A DNA stretch of 64,000 nt, from NCBI GenBank assembly GCA_044892505.1, contig CM097883.1:155124001-155188000 (forward strand), given 5' to 3'. The notes beneath the pieces are model-generated. The model had not been told where the DNA came from, made no database searches, and saw only the letters and a list, made by a program, of their open reading frames with translations. The first letter of the stretch is position 1; every line of letters starts with the position of its first letter. Below are positions 57,351-64,000 of this stretch, piece by piece. Origin of the DNA: Schmidtea nova (lineage: Eukaryota). A program made the translations under genes and the position numbers.

Positions 57351-59563
57351 GTATTCTATATTTTTACTGGTCTGCCAAAGTAATTTAAAAGTTTTCGTAA
57401 AAATTAAAATTCAAAAAAATTAATTTTGTTGGGGTTAGTATTAAAACCAAAAAACTAAAATTAAAACACAATAAATATTATTAAAATCAAAAAAAAATCA
57501 AAATAATTAAAAGTGAAAAATTAATTAAAATTTATCAAAAATTAAAAGGGGGAAATGGATATTATTGTCGCCAAATAAAGAGACGAATCAAATAATAATA
57601 AAAATTGAGTGATGGGTCCCCAGAGAAAAATTAATTAATCGCTCAATGGGAAGCCCGAGACAATGGGAAACCCGGAGGGCAGGAAGACCCGAGAGATCAA
57701 AGCGGATAATTGCGCAAATAATTAAAGATAAAACCAATCCGGGTGGGCAATTTAATCTGTTATTGTCCCAATTAGGCCCAAAGATTTGCAGCGATAATGA
57801 CCCAGCTTTAAATAATTATCTTCCCGATAATAGTATGAAAAGAGAGTGAAAAAGAAAGGAGCCACCAGTTGGTCGAAAAGAATAAAATTAAAATATTAAC
57901 TTGCGGAACTCTCTGGAAGCTAAGAGAAGGAAGCAAGAAGCGATTTTATTAAATCTTATCCAAATAAAACGTACCAGAAAAGGCGATTACCCCTTGGGTT
58001 ATCTGCCTTAACGTTGAACCAAAAAAAGTGAAAATTATTGGAAATATTGTAAATTGTATCACTTAAACAAATTTGGTGAATATCAAATATAAATATTCTG
58101 TCTTGAGTTTATTGATTTTCAATAAATAAAAGGACACGAAGAGTCATATTTAGCACCGATCTATTGTTCAAGTAAAATAACCCAACAATAGTTATAAATA
58201 AAAATATAGATATATGCGTATAGGTACTTACTTGATTACTATATATTATTTCGATTTAAATATTACATATTTAATATATTATATCTATTTTTATAAATTA
58301 TGTTTTATTTTCACTTTATTATTAATTAAAGTATAAATTAAAAACCGAATGTTGAAATAATTCAAACAGAAATAAAATACCATAATATAACTGACTAAAA
58401 CAAAGAAAGAAATTCATGTGCGACTACTAATTTTATAGTTTTTAAATAAGATATTTAAATACAGAAAACTTCCATCCTGATATCATAGGATAAAAGTACA
58501 TTTCCTGATTTTTTAGGTTTTAATAATGACAATAGTGAATTTAGTTTTTTCGTTACATTTTTATGAACAAAATTATAATAATTTATAGGAAATGAAATAT
58601 CTAATGAATAGTCAAAATTCAAAAATTTTAGAAAATTTTATTAAAATAATGATCATTTGCGCCTCTTGGGATACTGCGCCCTAAGCAAGAGCAGTGTTTG
58701 TCTAGCCCTCATATCAGAGATGTATGCAATTGCATATTAAGATAAACTATTTTTGTAACCATAGATAATATATTGTGATTTCACTATAATACTATATAAG
58801 CCATATTAGTTTTATTGGGTAGTTCGGATGCTTATTGAACACACTGCGTATATAATTAGTAAGAATATCTAATTGTCCTGAAAATAAAAATTTAAAAATC
58901 TATGTATCATGCAAATTTTAAATTTATATATAGCACATTTTACTCACCGTATCATTAACTTTTAGCCTTTAGCATTTTCGTAATTCAAACTTTTTAAGAA
59001 GTTTCAATTGATTATATATTTTGAACTTTTGTTTTTAAATTAAGCTCTTAAATGTTTTCACCCGTATACATTTATATCCGTGCGTGCACAACCGTTCCGT
59101 TAAAAACCGCTTAAACACAACAGCGCTGTTAAAAACCGCGTAAACACAAAACCGCGAACTTATGAAATATCAATAACATAAATATATAGAAAATAACTTT
59201 ACACCGTTAATCTTCTAATTAGGTATGTAAATAGTATTTAACTGGGATTAAACCCCCCCTTAATCGGTTTGAACCAGTAATGACACTTTAAAACATCAAC
59301 TATGGCGCGCATTTATGATCGAGGCTATTATTAACAGCTCGCGGTTTTAAGTGCGCGGTATAGATCGCGCGGTTATTAAAGTAAACCATTTTTACCTAAT
59401 AATTAAATTCATAACATTTTCCTTTCCGTTACTTAAATCTAAAAATCAATATATTTTTAAAAATCAAAATAAAGGTTGAATTGAAAACGAGTGAAATAAT
59501 TTATTGTTAATAAAAGTTTCAATATTTAAAATCTTTTTCATATTTCATATTATTTTTGTATAG

Positions 59564-59668
59564 CATGCAGTAGCACTTGAACAAATTCTGCCTAAGTTGA
59601 AGCCGGGTGCTAGAATTCTTGATATTGGTTCAGGTAGCGGATATTTAACTGCTTGTTTTATGAAAAAG
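59564..59668 (+). CDS. PCMT1: Next exon of protein-L-isoaspartate O-methyltransferase (SAM-binding motif I)
   Basis: TATAG acceptor and GTTAGT donor. HAVALEQILPKLKPGARILDIGSGSGYLTACFMKK aligns to [31 protein letters not shown]. Joins 13993-14129 in phase 0 (APHM|HA). Confidence 0.9.
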
Positions 59669-62275
59669 GTTAGTGAAATAATATTTAAAACCCGATAATG
59701 CAAATTATTATTTTTATATTAAAATAGTTTATTTTTCGTAGTTTTATTGAACCAACGATAATATGAACAATAAATAATGATTTTTTTCCAATTAAATTTA
59801 ACATAAATAATGATTTGCTCATAATTAATTAAAATAATTACTGGTTATATATTTGATCTATTTAAATGGTTTGTATGTAATTAATTTAAATAAAAAATCA
59901 GAACCGATATTTAAGATAAAATATCCATAATTAAAAGCTACAATTAACAAATCTACTTAAAAAATCATAAATGTAAATGCTTAATTCTTATTAAATATAT
60001 ATTTATTAGAATAAAACCACGTTTTGTGTTACGGTTAAAATTAAAAAAGATAATGTTGGTGGTTAGAATGCCGAAAAATGCCATTTTTTACTTTTTAGAG
60101 CACAATTTGTTTTTATTTGCATACTTGTTTTATTTGGCTAGGAAAATGTTTTTTAATGATTTTAAACATTTGTATAGTAGTGCTGGGCTACTGGTCGTAA
60201 AAATAACAATCATCGTTTTCCATAGCCATTCAGTACCTGCTTCGGGAAAACTCAGGTTGAGAATTATTTCTCTACCTGAGTGTGTATGAATTGTTGATGC
60301 AGTAAAATAGAGAAATTATTTTTCCATCTGACTGTGTGTGCATTTAGAATAAGAACTCAAGTAGAGAAAATATTCTCTATATGAGCGTGTATGAGAGAGT
60401 TTAGCGGGTGTGCTTTTTAGTTATTTTTGCTTTCTGTATGTGTGTGAATTTTCATTCGGACCGTGTTTGTATGCAGGTTGATTGTAGAAATGATTGTTTT
60501 GTGTGCATGATTTGTGTTGACTTGCATGGGGTAAAATGATAAATTATATATTAAAAACTTGATAACTCACCATCAGTATTAAAAATAACATTCTCCCTTC
60601 CAAGTGGTGGGATGGGGCTACAAAAGGTGAGTTACGGCTGCTAATGTCCAGATAATTTGTTGGCTTCAGGTGCTTCTGTTATAAACTTTCAGTACTTTTA
60701 GCTTTCGGTCCCTTTCTACTAAAGGTTCCAATCGAAGAAAATCTTTTACAGAACCGGGATTACTGTGCTGAAAATTTTCAATTTCAGAACCTAGATGCTG
60801 ACGCAGGGATTGAAAATTAAAAAAAAACAAATTAAATTCTATCCAAAAACATAATTTTAAATAGTAAGAAATATTATGAAAGAAAAAAGTAAAGTAAGGA
60901 TATCTTAATTATTTTATGAAATTCTCTGACTTAAAGTAGGATCTTAAAAAGCTCAATATGTCCAAGATTTGTCGTTTAATATTTATCAGATTTTTGTCAC
61001 AATTTTCTCACAGCCTGAGAAAGCCCACTCAGATTCGTTGTTGAATTTTTCAATATTTTTCAAGATTCCCTTTCCCTCAATTTCAAAATTTACCAGCTCC
61101 GTTTCTTATAACACTAGTAAAATCTTTCGTCGTTCGTGTTTTTAATATGATTTTATCATTTCGTCGTTGAAATCTCGATAAAGATTTTCTTGCTGAAATT
61201 ATGACGATTCGACTCTTAGGGGTTTTAATTTCTGCTTCTTATTCAGATTACAAAATATTTTCAGCCAGGCTAGCAACCATGGCGATGATCGTCGTTTTGT
61301 TCACACATTCAAAATTCAAGATCTGGTCAAAATTAAGTTCAGCGTAGCCCCGATAGATCCAGGTATTTAAGCCAAAAATCCCTGAAATCTCCCCATTAAT
61401 TTTTTTGATAATGACGTAATAACTTTGTTAAAATAGTGTAATTATATAATAATTTCCAAAAAATTGCAGAATTTTCCATTTTTTCACAAATGTTACATAA
61501 TATAAAAATTACATAGTTCTTTAAAATTATGTGTGTAGTAGAATATAGTGTGCGCTCTGGAGACAAAGGAAATGAGTCATAAAAGACATACCCACCCCGG
61601 GGTAGAAAATTTATGATTCGTCGATTACTCATCAGCATGACTCATTGATGACTCATTTCACATTTTAAAATTTGTTGGCGTATTGGTGGTACTAAATGCA
61701 ATTCGAGTTCCATATCGTACTACTAGTGCGAACTCCACCAACATAAAAAGACCACGCGGTGACCTTGACCTTAAGTTGACCTCGTTGGTTGTCCTTAAAA
61801 TAAATAACATTTAATGACTCTATAATTTAATGACACAACAATAGATAGACCAAATTTAATTGTCTTCAAGATGGATTTATTTAAATTTTAAACTGTTGTG
61901 TATTGTATTGTGCACACGTGTTTTGTAATTAAATTTGTATATTTAACCTATGTTAAATATTGTTATTGTATTTTCATTGTAACATTGTATGTATAAAATT
62001 TAGATGTCTAGAAAAATGGCATGATTGAAAATTTTGTGTGTTTTTAATACACCCATGTTTTATACTTAAATTTGCATTTTTCATCTATATAAAATTACTT
62101 TGTTGAGATTTCATTATAATATTGTATGTATAAATTTTAAATTCATATAAAATGGCTTGATTGAAAATTTAAATGTTGCTGTTTTTCGTGTCGCACACGT
62201 GGTTTGTATTAAAATTTGTATATTTAACCTATATAAAATAATTTCATGGAGTTTTCAATGTAATATTGTATGTAT

Positions 62276-63187
62276 AAAATTTGAAATACTACAACGTAAA
62301 ATATTCGTAAAATACCACAACGTAAAATATTCGTAAAATACCACAACGTAATAACAGTTGTTATATATCTATCAGAAATTTATAAGTAATTCATTTGTGA
62401 ATATTATCCAATTTCATCAGAAGATCAGATAAATCAAAAGTAATGTCTAAATTATTATAATATTTAACTCTATTAAATTTTAAAATAGCCAAAATGATAT
62501 ATATTGTCAATCACTTTACTATAAATTATGTCTTGAATTTCTTAATTAATTCAAAAAAGGTTTCAAGTCTTTGTATTTTTATTACAATTCAATATAACAA
62601 TACTGATAACAATAAATCGGTTGATAAGTTACTCCATTTATAAAACTTAAATAACAAAAAACTATTTTAAAAAGTTTTATTCTATTCAAAATCTTCAACA
62701 GTAGGTAGAAGTGTGAAGCCCGGAAAAAAGACATTATGACTCATCTCGCAGTTGATTAAGCAATCGTTCATTTTCGATCCTTAATTTAATTATTTGTAAA
62801 TTCTTTCGACGAAGCTTCTCTATAAATCTTTCGATTGATTCCAAGTAGCGATTGTTGATTTCATCTATTTCTTCAATTCGACTAATAATATGAATCATTG
62901 CAATTCTTTCTTTTTTGATTTACTGAATTTTTCCTAATAAAAGTAATGATTATTTTAGAAAATAAATATAATTTTACTTGTACGTTGAGAGTTTTGATAT
63001 TTTCAGGGAGAGAACTTCCAGGTAGAGAACATCCAAGTTGAGAACTTGTTTTGCAATCGGTATTGTCGTTGTTGATCTTGTTCATCGTTTAAAAATAATT
63101 TACTTATAAAATTCTGATAGATATATACCAACTGTTATTACGTTGTAGTATTTTACAAATATTTTACGTTGTAGTATTTGAAATTTT
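62276..63187. mobile_element. Non-autonomous element with ~110-bp inverted termini containing 26-bp subrepeats
   Basis: 62276-62390 (three AAATAC(T/C)ACAACGTAA units, then TAACAGTTG.TATATATCTATCAGAA.TTTATAAGTAA) is mirrored at 63099-63187 (two units). Confidence 0.65.
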
Positions 63188-63792
63188 AAAATTTTTTTGA
63201 GACCCATTCTTCTGGTGTGAGAATCCTATTTGTGATTGTTTTTGCACATTAAAGAAATATACTATAAAAAACTAAGACTCAAAGTTTGATTAAAAAACAA
63301 GTATTTTGACATATTAGACAAAGCCATTGAGTATTTATTGAATCAATTATAAATTAATGTTATTACCCTTGTAAAGATTTCGATAAACTTTCTACAATTG
63401 ACTATTCAGGGGAAATAATGATCAAAGTTTTATCATTTTACAATCACTTAACTCATTTTACAATAATTTAACCATTTTGTATCATCATGAAGCACCCAAA
63501 ATGACTGATTAATAATTATAGAAATTGTCAATATTTTTACTAGTTTGTATTAAATTTACTCTGAAAATAATAATTAAACTCTATAAAATTGCTTAATATT
63601 TAAGGGAAATTATAGAAAACATGTTCTTGAATACCACAAGTATATGCAATACAAATGCTTGACACAGCAATACAAGTACATGACACAAGCAATATAAGTG
63701 CACGACACATACTTAATATGCATCACAGTGATTTATATCAACAATTCAGACTTTAAATGTGATGAGTAACACAGTAGTTGAACCATATTTAC

Positions 63793-63998
63793 AGAACCTC
63801 TTTTGTGATGGTTTTTATCTGCAAAAGCTTCATACTATATTTTTTATTTTCATTCAAATATCAAACAATATTATCGTGAAATCTTTTAATTTCAATTATA
63901 TACAATATCAGAACCTTAGAGGCAGAACCCTAGTAGCAGAATATTGGTAGCAGAACATCTTTTGTGATGGTTTTTATCTGCAAAAGCTTCATACTGTA
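63793..63998. repeat. ~46-bp direct repeat at 160-bp spacing, running off the window end
   Basis: AGAAC(C/A)TCTTTTGTGATGGTTTTTATCTGCAAAAGCTTCATACT occurs twice. Confidence 0.8.
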
Positions 63999-64000
63999 TT

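Noticed and set aside
59669-64000. Further PCMT1 exons, and gene-like fragments at ~60180-61340 (-)
   Set aside because: No VG..GKV.GI(D/E)H or GDGR motif was found, and the first PCMT1 exon was not found upstream either. The minus-strand fragments are broken in every frame and unassignable.

Overview
Eukaryotic, very AT-rich genomic DNA with short (~50-60 nt) spliceosomal introns. The organism is an invertebrate; a planarian flatworm is my best guess, inferred from Burro-like giant LTR elements and not proven. The only clearly supported host gene is a PCMT1-like methyltransferase on the + strand. Two of its exons (13993-14129 and 59564-59668) join in phase across a ~45.4-kb intron filled with nested transposons, almost all antisense to the gene. 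Contents: (i) a full-length CsRn1-type Ty3/Gypsy element (4499-10894, -). Its first ORF starts inside the LTR and reads TM - Ig-like fragment - hydrophobic stretch - ubiquitin-like domain ending RVLGG - Gag. (ii) A 14.2-kb pol-less LTR element (26769-40974, -) with 2.86-kb near-identical LTRs, a 4-bp TSD and a tRNA-Pro PBS. It carries Gag, a full-length TRAF, an IAP-type RING, two coiled-coil ORFs and a small type-I membrane protein. Each ORF sits directly behind a splice acceptor. The LTR itself holds a promoter, a splice donor, four covarying hairpins and a basic ORF. (iii) Remnants of related giant LTR elements, including an integrase-ankyrin fusion. (iv) An intact FLYWCH-MULE (Phantom-like) transposon with a 9-bp TSD. 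(v) Decayed Tigger, hAT and other DNA transposons, MITE-like elements, an intron-containing RPL37A pseudogene, microsatellites and a 168-N gap. All calls are by-eye motif recognition; no searches were run.
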